Positions 42,304 to 52,665 of a stretch of 64,000 nucleotides of DNA are shown here, piece by piece. The notes below the pieces were generated by a model, which saw nothing but the letters and a program-made list of their open reading frames with translations, searched no databases and had not been told where the DNA came from. Both the position numbers and the translations under genes were made by a program. The DNA lies in contig CAZTBS010000001.1 of assembly GCA_964612125.1 (NCBI GenBank), positions 10,900 to 74,899 on the forward strand, given 5' to 3'. The first letter of the stretch is position 1; each line of letters begins with the position of its first letter. Source of the stretch: an uncultured Leucobacter sp. GTDB lineage: Bacteria > Actinomycetota > Actinomycetes > Actinomycetales > Microbacteriaceae.

Positions 42304-43983
42304 TCAGTCGCGCGTGAGCTTGCGGTACGTTACCCGCGAGGGTTTCGCAGCCTCCGGGCCGAGTCGCTCGATCTTATTGGCCTCATACGCCTCGAAGTTC
42401 CCTTCAAACCAGTACCAGTCGGCAGGGTTCTCCTCGGTGCCTTCATAGGCGAGGATATGCGTGGCAATGCGATCGAGGAACCAGCGATCGTGTGTGATGA
42501 CCACCGCGCAACCCGGGAATTCAAGCAGTGCGTTCTCAAGGGATTGCAGAGTCTCAACGTCGAGGTCGTTTGTCGGTTCGTCAAGCAACAACAGGTTGCC
42601 ACCCTGCTTCAGCGTGAGCGCAAGATTCAAGCGGTTCCGCTCACCACCGGAGAGCACACCCGCCTTCTTCTGCTGATCCGGGCCTTTGAAGCCGAACTTC
42701 GAAACATAGGCACGCGAGGGAATCTCAGTCTTCCCGACCGTGATGATATCGAGGCCGTCGCTAACAACCTCCCACAGTGTCTTATCGGGATCAATGCCAC
42801 CGCGAGTCTGATCCACATAGCTGATCTTGACGGTCTCGCCAATCTTCAGCTCACCGCCGTCAAGCGGCTCCAAGCCCACAATGGTCTTGAAAAGCGTAGT
42901 CTTCCCCACGCCGTTCGGGCCGATCACGCCAACGATTCCGTTCGGCGGCAGGCTAAAGGAAAGTCCGTCGATGAGTGTGCGCCCGTCAAAACCCTTCTGC
43001 AGGTTCTTCGCTTCAATCACCACGTTGCCAAGGCGTGGGCCCGCTGGAATCTGAATTTCCTCGAAGTCCAACTTCCGAGTGCGCTCAGCCTCGGTTGCCA
43101 TTTCCTCATACCGTGCAAGCCTGGCCTTAGACTTCGCCTGCCGGCCCTTTGCGTTTGAACGGACCCAGTCGAGTTCTTCCTTCAGACGCTTCGCGAGCTT
43201 TGCATCCTTCTTGCCCTGGATGTCCAGTCGTTCGGCCTTCTTCTCGAGATAGGTCGAATAGTTGCCCTCATAGCCAATCAGGCGTCCGCGATCAACTTCG
43301 GCGATCCACTCTGCAACATTGTCAAGGAAGTAACGATCGTGCGTGATCGCGATCACCGCACCGGGATACTTCTGCAGGTGCTGCTCCAGCCACAACACGC
43401 TCTCAGCGTCGAGGTGGTTGGTCGGTTCGTCAAGCAGCAAAAAGTCGGGCTTCTGCAGCAGCAGGCGACACAGCGCAACTCGGCGCTTCTCGCCACCGGA
43501 GAGATTCGCTACCTGTGCATCCGCGGGAGGAGTGCGCAGAGCATCCATTGCTTGTTCCAGCTGGTTATCAAGATCCCATCCGTCGACCGCGTCGATTTCT
43601 TCCTGCAGGGTTCCCATTTCGGCAAGGAGGGTGTCAAAATCGGCGTCGGGCTCGGCCATCAAAGCGGAGATCTCATTGAAGCGATCCACTTTCGCCTTGA
43701 TCGCGATGCCCTCTTCGATGTTCTCGAGCACGGTCTTCGACTCATCGAGCTCCGGCTCCTGCATGAGGATGCCCACTGTGTACCCCGGGGCCAGCGCCGC
43801 TTCACCATTAGAGGGAGTGTCGAGCCCGGCCATGATCTTCAGGATCGTCGATTTGCCGGCACCGTTGGGACCCACCATGCCGATCTTGGCGCCGGGCAGG
43901 AAGGCCATCGTGACGTCATCAAGGATGAGCTTCTCACCCACCGCTTTGCGAGCGCGCACCATCTGGTAAATGTATTCAGCCAT
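42304..43983 (-). CDS. ettA: Energy-dependent translational throttle protein EttA (ABC-F)
   Basis: 559 aa beginning MAEYIYQM. It has two ABC cassettes (GPNGAGKST / LSGGEKRR and GPNGVGKTT / LSGGERNR) and no TM domain. Confidence 0.95.
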   Translation of the reverse strand: MAEYIYQMVRARKAVGEKLILDDVTMAFLPGAKIGMVGPNGAGKSTILKIMAGLDTPSNGEAALAPGYTVGILMQEPELDESKTVLENIEEGIAIKAKVDRFNEISALMAEPDADFDTLLAEMGTLQEEIDAVDGWDLDNQLEQAMDALRTPPADAQVANLSGGEKRRVALCRLLLQKPDFLLLDEPTNHLDAESVLWLEQHLQKYPGAVIAITHDRYFLDNVAEWIAEVDRGRLIGYEGNYSTYLEKKAERLDIQGKKDAKLAKRLKEELDWVRSNAKGRQAKSKARLARYEEMATEAERTRKLDFEEIQIPAGPRLGNVVIEAKNLQKGFDGRTLIDGLSFSLPPNGIVGVIGPNGVGKTTLFKTIVGLEPLDGGELKIGETVKISYVDQTRGGIDPDKTLWEVVSDGLDIITVGKTEIPSRAYVSKFGFKGPDQQKKAGVLSGGERNRLNLALTLKQGGNLLLLDEPTNDLDVETLQSLENALLEFPGCAVVITHDRWFLDRIATHILAYEGTEENPADWYWFEGNFEAYEANKIERLGPEAAKPSRVTYRKLTRD

Positions 43984-44082
43984 ATGCTTTCGGGCGCTTG
44001 ACGCCCCTCACCTCTTGCTCTTGAACTCCGGACGAATTACACCGACTCAACTCTAGCCGCAGGCATCGCTGCGAGCAGAACG

Positions 44083-44595
44083 CTACCAATCGATCGGACG
44101 CGTATTGCCAATCAGGCAAATGGTACGCTCGGCGGTCAGCGCAGGCTGTACCGTGGTCACCGCGCTGCGATCGGACGTGACAAGCTGTCCAATCAAACAG
44201 GACTCCCCCACCCGAACCGACACCAGGATACTGTCGGCAACCAGATCTGTCTTGCTGCGATCAAAGCTGACCTGCATCACCGATTTGTCGAATCCCGCTG
44301 CAGCCAAGGCATCGACGATCGGGCGCCCTTCGACCGGACCGCCTCCGGCAGCGTATTGCTGCAAGACCTGTGTAAAGAACGGCAGATTGTCCGTAGCGCT
44401 CCCATCAGGAACGAGTGCGGGTTGCGGCGCACTCACATCTTCACTGTCGGCTGTGGGTCGCGGAGATGCAGATGGGGAGGGTGACCCGCTGTCAGCGCAA
44501 GCCGACAGCACGATTCCCAGCGTGAGGGCCACCGCGACCGTCGCCACCGTGCGCATGCTACGAAGACGCGCGCGAGGGACCATGCCAGACAGCAT
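44083..44595 (-). CDS. Putative lipoprotein of unknown function
   Basis: It has a signal peptide with a lipobox (VAVALTLGIVLSAC), followed by a Ser/Pro-rich linker and a roughly 110-aa domain. The start is ambiguous (ATG at 44595, 44583 or 44556). Confidence 0.7.
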   Translation of the reverse strand: MLSGMVPRARLRSMRTVATVAVALTLGIVLSACADSGSPSPSASPRPTADSEDVSAPQPALVPDGSATDNLPFFTQVLQQYAAGGGPVEGRPIVDALAAAGFDKSVMQVSFDRSKTDLVADSILVSVRVGESCLIGQLVTSDRSAVTTVQPALTAERTICLIGNTRPIDW

Positions 44596-44742
44596 ACCGA
44601 CCCCGTTCGGCTTGCAGCCTGTGTGTTATCCCGACACGCACCCGCTGCCGCCCACAAGCAAACACTGCCGCGCATCCCCTGGAATTGATCCACAACACTG
44701 CACACTTACCGCACGGTACGAGCCCGGTCTTCCAGTCTGGGT

Positions 44743-44788
44743 GCGAGGGAGCTGAGCGCACCAGGCACGGCCCGCCCAGCTCCCTCGC
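44743..44788 (+). promoter_or_regulatory. Perfect 12-bp inverted repeat upstream of the SSB paralogue
   Basis: GCGAGGGAGCTG (44743-44754) and CAGCTCCCTCGC (44777-44788) are exact reverse complements with a 22-nt spacer. A second pair follows: GCTCAC (44792-44797) and GTGAGC (44812-44817). Function is unknown. Confidence 0.4.
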
Positions 44789-44841
44789 CACGCTCACCTG
44801 CCGCCTGGACCGTGAGCACCCACACACTGAAGGAGAGTTTC

Positions 44842-45405
44842 ATGTCCACTGTCATCTCGGTCGTTGGCACCGTCGCCACCGACCCCCGCACGATCACCAC
44901 ACAATCGGGCATTGCGCTGTGCACGTTTCGCCTCGCCTGCGGCGAACGCCGCTTTGACCGCGAGAAGAACTCTTGGATCGATGGCGAGACCAACTGGTTT
45001 ACGGTGACCGCGTTTCGCGGGCTCGCCCGTAACGCGAGTGATTCATTCCACAAGGGTGACCGCGTCATCGTAAACGGGCGCTTGCGCATCCGAAACTGGG
45101 AACGAGATGACCGCTCCGGCACTGCCGTCGACATCGAAGCTGAAGCCCTCGGACATGATCTGCGGTGGGGTGCGAGCAGCTTCACCAAACGAAACGGCAG
45201 CGAGACGCAAACGTCCACAACATCGGAATCTGCAGAGCACGATCGCGACCGCTGGGCAGTTCCCGAATCTGCGGTCGCCTCGGGCAGTGATTCGGCAGAA
45301 TCAGAACAAGCGGAGGGTGCGGGCCATAGCGATTCAGATAGCGGAGCGATGCGCACCAGCACCGGCGAAGACAGCACTGATGGGTTCGTTCCCGCCGCAG
45401 CCTAA
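44842..45405 (+). CDS. Single-stranded DNA-binding protein paralogue (no canonical acidic C-terminal tip)
   Basis: OB fold: MSTVISVVGTVATDPRTITTQSGIALCTFRLACGERRFDREKNSWIDGETNWFTVTAFRGLARNA..GDRVIVNGRLRIRNWERDDRSGTAVDIEAEALGHDL. The ATG at 44842 is preceded by AAGGAG (44830-44835). The tail is acidic and Ser-rich but ends ...DGFVPAAA. Confidence 0.85.
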   Translation: MSTVISVVGTVATDPRTITTQSGIALCTFRLACGERRFDREKNSWIDGETNWFTVTAFRGLARNASDSFHKGDRVIVNGRLRIRNWERDDRSGTAVDIEAEALGHDLRWGASSFTKRNGSETQTSTTSESAEHDRDRWAVPESAVASGSDSAESEQAEGAGHSDSDSGAMRTSTGEDSTDGFVPAAA

Positions 45406-45408
45406 TGG

Positions 45409-45939
45409 CTATGGAGTCACGAGGTACTCACGGAATCCGGCACGCACCTTGTTTACCTTTGGCACGGCAACCGCCAGGCAGTACCCCTGTGTCGGATTTT
45501 TTGCAAAGAAATCCTGGTGCGCTTCGGGCGCAGGATACACCTCGCGGAGTGGCTCAATTGTGGTCACAATTGAGCCGCCCCACCATTTCCCCGCTCGCTC
45601 CTTCGCTGCTTCAAACAGCTCTCGCTGTTCTTCATCCGCGTAAAACATTGCTGACCGATACTGCGTACCGACGTCTGCTCCCTGGCGGTTGAGCTGGGTG
45701 GGGTCATGCATCGTGAAGAATGCATCCAACACCACCGAGGCCGGCAAGATGATCTCATCGAACGTCACCGCAACCGCTTCGGCATGACCGGTCGTGCCCG
45801 TGCACACCAGCTCGTAGCTCGGATGTGCCATGGTGCCCCCAGTAAAGCAGGAATACACATCTGTGACTCCACGTAACACACGGTACGCCGCGTCCAGACA
45901 CCAGTAGCAGCCTCCCGCAAGCACAAATGTGGTGGTCAT
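45409..45939 (-). CDS. msrA: Peptide-methionine (S)-S-oxide reductase
   Basis: 176 aa with the active site [11 protein letters not shown]. Also GHAEAV and [15 protein letters not shown]. Confidence 0.95.
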   Translation of the reverse strand: MTTTFVLAGGCYWCLDAAYRVLRGVTDVYSCFTGGTMAHPSYELVCTGTTGHAEAVAVTFDEIILPASVVLDAFFTMHDPTQLNRQGADVGTQYRSAMFYADEEQRELFEAAKERAGKWWGGSIVTTIEPLREVYPAPEAHQDFFAKNPTQGYCLAVAVPKVNKVRAGFREYLVTP

Positions 45940-46793
45940 GCGTCCTCCTTTCGCGGCCCCGAATCACTGCCTTGCCACCAGGAATCGTTGGGGCTCACCG
46001 GCTGTCTACGCTTGTGTTCGGAATCACGGTACCGCCGCTCAAGATTTTCGGCCACCTCTGCGGGCACCTGCGCTCCGCTCAGGTAAGCATCAATCTGCGC
46101 GTAGCTGACACCCAAACTTGATTCATCGGTTTGTCCGGGATCCTCGTCAAGCAGATCCGCTGTCGGGGTCTTCTCCCACAGACGCGCGTCCGCGCCAAGT
46201 TCACGGAGGAGTGCCGCACCTTGCGACTTGGTGAGCCCCGCGAGGGGCAGCACGTCGGCGGCTCCGTCACCAAACTTCGTATAGAACCCGGTAATCGCCT
46301 CGGCTGCGTGATCCGTGCCAATCACGAGCAGCGCTCGATCACCGGCAATGGTGTACTGCGCAACCATGCGCATGCGGGCCTTTGCGTTGCCCTTAGTGAA
46401 ATCGCTCACCGGAAGACCGCTGGCGGCAGCCACTTCGGCAACCAGCGCATCCACACCCGGCGCAATGTTCACGGTGATAGCACGGTCAGGTCGAATGAAG
46501 GCGAGTGCAAACTGCGCATCAGCTTCGTCATGCTGCTGCCCGTATGGCAACCGCACTGCGACGAACTCGGCCGCACCCCCCTCCGCACGCACGCGCTCTA
46601 CCGCAAGTTGCGCGAGCCTGCCCGCCAGTGACGAGTCTTGACCACCAGATATGCCGAGCACAAAACCCCGCGCGCCAGGCACTGACCGCAGGTAGTCAAC
46701 GAGAAAGCAGACTCGCCGTTCAATCTCCGCCGGCGCGTGAATCTCCGCTTGAACGCCCAGTGCGTTAATCACTTCTTGCTGAGTCGTGCGCAT
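45936..46793 (-). CDS. nadE: Ammonia-dependent NAD+ synthetase (short single-domain form)
   Basis: 285 aa with the PP-loop GISGGQDSS. There is no N-terminal glutaminase domain. Confidence 0.93.
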   Translation of the reverse strand: MRTTQQEVINALGVQAEIHAPAEIERRVCFLVDYLRSVPGARGFVLGISGGQDSSLAGRLAQLAVERVRAEGGAAEFVAVRLPYGQQHDEADAQFALAFIRPDRAITVNIAPGVDALVAEVAAASGLPVSDFTKGNAKARMRMVAQYTIAGDRALLVIGTDHAAEAITGFYTKFGDGAADVLPLAGLTKSQGAALLRELGADARLWEKTPTADLLDEDPGQTDESSLGVSYAQIDAYLSGAQVPAEVAENLERRYRDSEHKRRQPVSPNDSWWQGSDSGPRKEDA

Positions 46794-46827
46794 GCGAACA
46801 GCCTACTCTCGCAGTGTTTCCAGCAGA

Positions 46828-49800
46828 TCACGCATCGCTGAGGCAGCGAGGACCCAGCAAACCCTTCAGTTCGCCATACAAGTCCGTGGTGATCCGCACC
46901 GGAAATGGCAGCTCAAAAACTCGTATCGATTGCGCGGTGGCGAGCCGCAATCGCACCTCACTCGCGCCCGGGTGACGCAACAGTGTAGCTTTCAGCTCAT
47001 GCATCAATGCTTCTGTCGCTCGCCGCTCAGACAGCGTCAGCGTCAGCGCCGCCGCATCATCCTGCACCACTGCGTCGATAGGTTTCACCCCATAGGCGTG
47101 CATTGACATGCCATCGTCGCGCGCATTGAGCTTTCCGCGCAGCGCCACGATGGCATCAGCCTGCAACAGGCGGCCAAACTCGAGGTACGACTTCCCCATA
47201 AACAGCGCCTGCATTTCACCGGTGAAGTCTTCAATGGTCACCATGCCGTAAACGTTGCCGGACTTCGCGGTGCGATGTTGCACGCTGGTGAGCAAGCCGG
47301 CAATCACCACGGTCTCAGCATCAAACCCCGCATCTGGGTTCGTGATCTGTTCGATGGTCGCTGTTGCTTCTTTGGCGAGCGCGGTCTCCAGACCGCGCAG
47401 GGGGTGGTCGGATACATAGAGACCGAGCATCTCGCGCTCGAACGCCAATTTGTCTTTCTTGTTCCACTCCGGCCGTTCGGGCACCAGCGAATGCGCTGAG
47501 CTCCCAGAATCCGTTGCAGCGTCAGCAAACAGGGTGTCAAAATCAAAGCCAACATTGCCGTGCTCGGCGTCCCGCTTCTCTTTCACCGCTGACTCCACGG
47601 CACTCTCATGAATCTCCAGCAGAGCCCTGCGCGTGGCTCCCAGCGAGTCGAAGGCGCCCGCCTTGATCAACGACTCGATGGTGCGCTTGTTCAGCACCGG
47701 CATCGGCGACCGCTTCAGAAAATCGTGAAAAGTCTCGAAATCTCCGCCGGATTCTCTGGCCGCCCGGATCCCTTCAACGACGTTGGCGCCGACGTTTCTG
47801 ATCGCTCCCAGGCCAAAGCGAATATCTGCACCGACCGCGGCAAAGTTCGCAAACGAAGCCGCTACGTCGGGTGGCAAGACTTTGATCCCCATGCGACGAC
47901 ACTCATTCAGATACACCGCAAGTTTGTCTTTTGAATCGCCCACGCTCGTCAGCAGTGCTGCCATGTACTCAGCCGGGTAGTGCGCCTTCAGGTACGCCGT
48001 CCAGTAGCTGATCACACCATAAGCTGCCGAGTGCGCCTTATTAAACGCGTAGTCCGAGAACGGCAGCAGAATATCCCACAGCGACTTGATCGCAGCATCG
48101 GAGAAGCCGCGTTCCCGCATGCCCGCTGAGAAGCCCTCGTACTGCTTATCGAGCTCTTCCTTCTTCTTTTTTCCCATTGCCCGGCGCAAGATGTCTGCCT
48201 GCCCGAGCGAGAAACCCGCAACTTTCTGCGCGATCGACATCACCTGCTCCTGGTAGATGATGAGACCGTAGGTAGTGCTCAGAATCTCGCGCAGTGGCTC
48301 TTCAAGCTCCGGGTGGATCGGGGTAATCGGCTGTAGCCCGTTCTTTCGCAGCGCGTAGTTCGTGTGAGAATCCGCTCCCATCGGGCCGGGGCGGTACAGG
48401 GCAAGCACCGCAGAAATATCTTCGAAGTTGTCCGGTTTCATCAACCGCAACAGGCCGCGCATGGGCCCGCCATCCAGCTGAAACACCCCGAGTGTGTCGC
48501 CACGTGCCAGCAGCTCATACGACGCGGGGTCATCGAGCGAGAGCCGCTCCAGATCCAGCTCCTCGCCGCGGTTCTGGCGGATGTTCTCGAGCGCATCGGA
48601 GATGATCGTGAGATTACGCAGCCCCAAGAAGTCCATCTTGATGAGCCCCAGTCCCTCACAGGTGGGGTAATCAAACTGGGTTACGATCTGACCATCTTGT
48701 TCCCGCTTCATGATCGGGATGATGTCGATCAATGGGTCACTCGACATGATCACACCGGCGGCGTGTACACCCCACTGCCGTTTCAGACCCTCAAGTCCGC
48801 GTGCGGTCTCATACACCGTCTTCGCATCCGGATCAGTTTCGAGCAACACTCGGAACTCAGCGGCTTCCTTGTACCGCGGGTGACTCGGGTCAGTGATTCC
48901 AGCAAGCGGAATATCCTTCGCCATCACCGCCGGGGGCATTGCTTTGGTCAACTTCTCCCCCATGCCAAAGGGAAAGCCCAACACACGCGATGCGTCTTTC
49001 AACGCCTGCTTTGACTTAATGGTGCCGTAGGTCACAATCTGCGCGACGCGTTCGTCGCCATATTTCTCGGTGACGTAGCGGATGACTTCCCCGCGGCGAC
49101 GATCGTCAAAGTCAACGTCGAAGTCGGGCATCGACACCCGGTCGGGGTTCAGAAAACGCTCGAAGATGAGTCCGTGCTGCAGCGGATCAAGATCAGTGAT
49201 GCGCATCGCATATGCAGCCATCGATCCGGCACCTGAACCGCGGCCCGGGCCTACCCGGATCCCGTGATCCTTCGACCAGTTGATGAAATCAGCAACGACG
49301 AGGAAGTAGCCGGGGAATCCCATCTGCACAATGACGGCGGTTTCATACTCGGCCTGTTTTCGCACCGCATCGGGAATCCCGTCGGGGTAACGGTAGTGCA
49401 GGCCGCGCTCCACCTCTTTTACGAACCAGCTCTCTTCGGTTTCGCCCTCCGGTACCGGAAAGCGTGGCATGTAGTTGGCGCTGGTGTTGAACTCCGAGGA
49501 ACAGCGCTCTGCAATCAGCAGGGTGTTGTCGCAAGCTTCTGGGAGCTCACGGAACAGGTGCCGCATCTCCGCTGCAGATTTGAGGTAGTAGCCGTCGCCG
49601 TCAAACTGAAAACGGTTGGGATCATCGAGTGTGGATCCTGACTGCACACACAACAGCGCGGAGTGCGCTTCGGCGTCAGACTGGTGCGTGTAGTGCAGAT
49701 CATTTGTGGCAACCAGTGGAATCTGCAAATCGCGAGCGATCTGGATGAGCTCTTTCTGCACCCGCCGCTCGATGTCCAGACCGTGATCCATGATCTCGCA

Positions 49801-50361
49801 GAAAAAATTCTCTTTGCCAAACAGATCCTGGAACTCCGCAGCTGCCTGACGCGCCTCTGTGTACTGTCCTAGGCGCAACCGCGTTTGAATTTCCCCGGAT
49901 GGGCATCCCGTGGTCGCAATAATGCCCTTCGCGTAGGTCTGCAGGAGTTCACGATCCATGCGGGGCTTGAAATAGTAGCCCTCGATAGAGGCCAAGCTCG
50001 ACAGCCGAAAGAGATTGTGCATGCCCTCGGTGCTCTGGGAGAGCAACGTCATATGCGTGTATGCGCCACCTCCTGAAACGTCATCGCCGCCGCCATTCCC
50101 CCACCGCACGCGAGTACGGTCGCCGCGCGCAGTACCTGGGGTGAGGTACGCTTCGATCCCAATAATGGGCTTAATGCCGGTGTCACGAGCCGTCTTCCAG
50201 AAGTCAAAGGCCCCAAAGGTATTGCCGTGATCAGTCACCGCAATCGCAGGCATTCCTTGCGCGTGCGCAGCCTCGATCAGGGGTTTGACCCTCGCGGCGC
50301 CGTCGAGCATGGAGTATTCACTGTGCACATGCAGGTGCACAAAACCGTCGGAATTGCCCAC
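46828..50361 (-). CDS. dnaE: DNA polymerase III subunit alpha
   Basis: 1177 aa with the PHP domain FVHLHVHSEYSMLDGA, polymerase core and OB fold. GTG start preceded by GGAAGAGGGAG. Confidence 0.97.
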   Translation of the reverse strand: MGNSDGFVHLHVHSEYSMLDGAARVKPLIEAAHAQGMPAIAVTDHGNTFGAFDFWKTARDTGIKPIIGIEAYLTPGTARGDRTRVRWGNGGGDDVSGGGAYTHMTLLSQSTEGMHNLFRLSSLASIEGYYFKPRMDRELLQTYAKGIIATTGCPSGEIQTRLRLGQYTEARQAAAEFQDLFGKENFFCEIMDHGLDIERRVQKELIQIARDLQIPLVATNDLHYTHQSDAEAHSALLCVQSGSTLDDPNRFQFDGDGYYLKSAAEMRHLFRELPEACDNTLLIAERCSSEFNTSANYMPRFPVPEGETEESWFVKEVERGLHYRYPDGIPDAVRKQAEYETAVIVQMGFPGYFLVVADFINWSKDHGIRVGPGRGSGAGSMAAYAMRITDLDPLQHGLIFERFLNPDRVSMPDFDVDFDDRRRGEVIRYVTEKYGDERVAQIVTYGTIKSKQALKDASRVLGFPFGMGEKLTKAMPPAVMAKDIPLAGITDPSHPRYKEAAEFRVLLETDPDAKTVYETARGLEGLKRQWGVHAAGVIMSSDPLIDIIPIMKREQDGQIVTQFDYPTCEGLGLIKMDFLGLRNLTIISDALENIRQNRGEELDLERLSLDDPASYELLARGDTLGVFQLDGGPMRGLLRLMKPDNFEDISAVLALYRPGPMGADSHTNYALRKNGLQPITPIHPELEEPLREILSTTYGLIIYQEQVMSIAQKVAGFSLGQADILRRAMGKKKKEELDKQYEGFSAGMRERGFSDAAIKSLWDILLPFSDYAFNKAHSAAYGVISYWTAYLKAHYPAEYMAALLTSVGDSKDKLAVYLNECRRMGIKVLPPDVAASFANFAAVGADIRFGLGAIRNVGANVVEGIRAARESGGDFETFHDFLKRSPMPVLNKRTIESLIKAGAFDSLGATRRALLEIHESAVESAVKEKRDAEHGNVGFDFDTLFADAATDSGSSAHSLVPERPEWNKKDKLAFEREMLGLYVSDHPLRGLETALAKEATATIEQITNPDAGFDAETVVIAGLLTSVQHRTAKSGNVYGMVTIEDFTGEMQALFMGKSYLEFGRLLQADAIVALRGKLNARDDGMSMHAYGVKPIDAVVQDDAAALTLTLSERRATEALMHELKATLLRHPGASEVRLRLATAQSIRVFELPFPVRITTDLYGELKGLLGPRCLSDA

Positions 50362-50430
50362 GTAGACTCCCTCTTCCGTGTCGGGTTCCAGGTTACCGCC
50401 GCAGCTGCGAGAGGTCAGACGTCGCCGGGC

Positions 50431-51357
50431 TCAGAGTCCCGTCTGCAAAACTTCAAGCGCGTGGCGCAGATCCGCGGGATAGCTGGATTCAAACTCGATG
50501 TACTCGCCGGAGTCGGGATGACGGAACCCCAACCGCATCGCGTGCAGCCATTGCCGCGTCAAACCGAGCCGTTCAGTCAGCGTCGGGTCAGCCCCGTACA
50601 TGGTGTCACCGACACACGGGTGACGTTGCGCGGACATGTGCACACGAATCTGATGCGTGCGTCCGGTCTCGAGCTCAATCTCCAGCAGGGACGCATACGG
50701 AAAGGCCTCGAGAGTGACGTAGTGCGTCAGCGAAGGCTTACCCTCCCTGGTGACCGCAAACTTCCACTCTGAACCGGGGTGCCGGCCGATCGGCCCATCA
50801 ATCGTTCCCGCGAGGGGATCTGGGTGACCCTGTACAACCGCGTGATAAATCTTGTCGACTTCACGGTCGTGGAACGCGCGTTTGAGTTCGCTGTAGGCGC
50901 GCTCACTCTTGGCGACCACCATGAGCCCACTGGTGCCCACATCCAATCGATGCACGACGCCTTGCCGTTCCGGCGGGCCAGACGTCGCAATACGATATCC
51001 GGCGCCGGCGAGTGCCCCGAGGACTGTCGGGCCAGCCCAACCCAAGGACGGATGCGCGGCGACACCAGCAGGCTTATCGATAACGACGATGTCATCATCG
51101 TCGTACACGATCGCGAGATCCGGAAGCACCACCGGTACGATCTCAGGGCCGCGCTTTTCTTGCCACGATACCTCGAGCCAGGCGTTCGCAGTCAGCCGAT
51201 CGGATTTCCCCAATGGTCGCCCGTCGAGGGTCACCCCACCCGCTTCAATAATTTCCGCGGCGAAACTTCGCGAAAAGCCCAGCAGAGCAGCCAATGCCGC
51301 ATCCACCCGCTTCCCTACTAAACCGTCTGGAACCGGCAGCGACCTCTGTTCCCTCAC
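50431..51357 (-). CDS. rluD: RluA family 23S rRNA pseudouridine synthase
   Basis: 308 aa with an S4 domain and the catalytic [12 protein letters not shown]. Confidence 0.92.
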   Translation of the reverse strand: MREQRSLPVPDGLVGKRVDAALAALLGFSRSFAAEIIEAGGVTLDGRPLGKSDRLTANAWLEVSWQEKRGPEIVPVVLPDLAIVYDDDDIVVIDKPAGVAAHPSLGWAGPTVLGALAGAGYRIATSGPPERQGVVHRLDVGTSGLMVVAKSERAYSELKRAFHDREVDKIYHAVVQGHPDPLAGTIDGPIGRHPGSEWKFAVTREGKPSLTHYVTLEAFPYASLLEIELETGRTHQIRVHMSAQRHPCVGDTMYGADPTLTERLGLTRQWLHAMRLGFRHPDSGEYIEFESSYPADLRHALEVLQTGL

Positions 51358-51962
51358 TCGGCAGTCTCCGCCTCTTCGGGCGTTCGCGCCTCGTTGCTTC
51401 GTAACTGCTTACGCGCACGTGGAGACCCGTCGATGGGCAAGCCAAGTAGAGAAATCAGGATAAACAGCCCCATGCCCACAACGATCGCGATATCCGCAAC
51501 GTTGTAGATGGCAGGGATGAGCCACGGAGTAGAAATGAAATCAATCACGTGGCCCACCGGGAAGCCGGGTTCACGTGTCAGGCGATCCGTCAAGTTACCG
51601 AGCACACCACCCAGTAACAAGGCGAGAAACAGCGCCCACGAGCGGGACGCCAAACGCCGTATCTGCCACAGAATGACAACCACCACAACGGCTGCGAGGA
51701 TCGTAAAGATCCACGTGGCCCCGCTGGCCATCGAGAATGCCGCACCGGGGTTTCGCACGAAGTACCACTGCAGCACCTCGCCGAGCACCGGGATCGGAGT
51801 TCGCTCGGGCAAATTCTCCACTACCCAGTTCTTGGTGAGCTGGTCAGTGATGAACACCAGCAGTGCCACGCTCAGCAGCGCCAGAGACTGCCACCTGCGC
51901 CGACGAGAGACGCCGGGAGCCGCAGTCGAAACTGCGACTCCCGGCTCTTCAGGATAATCCAC
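51354..51962 (-). CDS. lspA: Lipoprotein signal peptidase (signal peptidase II)
   Basis: 202 aa with 4 TM helices. Motifs: [20 protein letters not shown] and ..DFI. Confidence 0.92.
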   Translation of the reverse strand: MDYPEEPGVAVSTAAPGVSRRRRWQSLALLSVALLVFITDQLTKNWVVENLPERTPIPVLGEVLQWYFVRNPGAAFSMASGATWIFTILAAVVVVVILWQIRRLASRSWALFLALLLGGVLGNLTDRLTREPGFPVGHVIDFISTPWLIPAIYNVADIAIVVGMGLFILISLLGLPIDGSPRARKQLRSNEARTPEEAETAE

Positions 51963-51973
51963 GCCCGACAGGA

Positions 51974-52600
51974 TTATTCGAGACCCTGCGGGGCGCCCTC
52001 GGGCTCGGGTGAGCCATCGAGGCTACGCAGCTGCGACTGGATGTAGGAGCGCAGAGTACCGCGATAATCGGATTCGAACTCCCGCAATTCCTTGATCTTC
52101 TCTTTCAAGCCCAGGCGTTCTTCGCCCAGCTGACGGAGTTCTTCGGCACGCTGTGTCTGGGCTTCTTCAACCAAACGCTTCGCCTTGATTTCGGCTTCAC
52201 GGACCAGTTGGTCGCGCTGCGACTCGCCCTCTTGCACATACTTATCGTGCAGCTCGAGAGCCAGCTGCAGCATCGCGCTCGATTTGACTGCGTCGGCAGG
52301 CATCGCGGAGACGCCGGTCGGGGCGGCCGGGGCGGGAGCGTCAACCACAATGGTCTGCTCCGAAGGCTTCACTTCCGCACTCGCAGCCGAACGCACCGAC
52401 TCCAGCTCAGCGGTCAATTCCTCAACCCGAGCGTTGGCCTCATCGAGCTGTCGCTGCAGTTCGGCCTTTTCCTGCTCATCTTGACGGAGCTGCTCGACGA
52501 TCGTGTCGAGGAAGTCATCGACCTGATCGAGATCATAGCCGTCGCGGAACTTCGTGATCGTGAACTTCTGGTTCACAACCTCTTCTGGGGTCAAGGCCAT
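51974..52600 (-). CDS. divIVA: DivIVA domain-containing cell-pole protein
   Basis: I prefer the ATG at 52600 (MALTPEEVVNQKFTITKFRDGYDLDQVDDFLD), followed by coiled-coil sequence. Confidence 0.93.
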   Translation of the reverse strand: MALTPEEVVNQKFTITKFRDGYDLDQVDDFLDTIVEQLRQDEQEKAELQRQLDEANARVEELTAELESVRSAASAEVKPSEQTIVVDAPAPAAPTGVSAMPADAVKSSAMLQLALELHDKYVQEGESQRDQLVREAEIKAKRLVEEAQTQRAEELRQLGEERLGLKEKIKELREFESDYRGTLRSYIQSQLRSLDGSPEPEGAPQGLE

Positions 52601-52665
52601 CGTGTCTATCTCTTTCGTTTGGGGATCCACCGGAGTGGAGTCACGTCAACGGTAGCAAAGAATAC

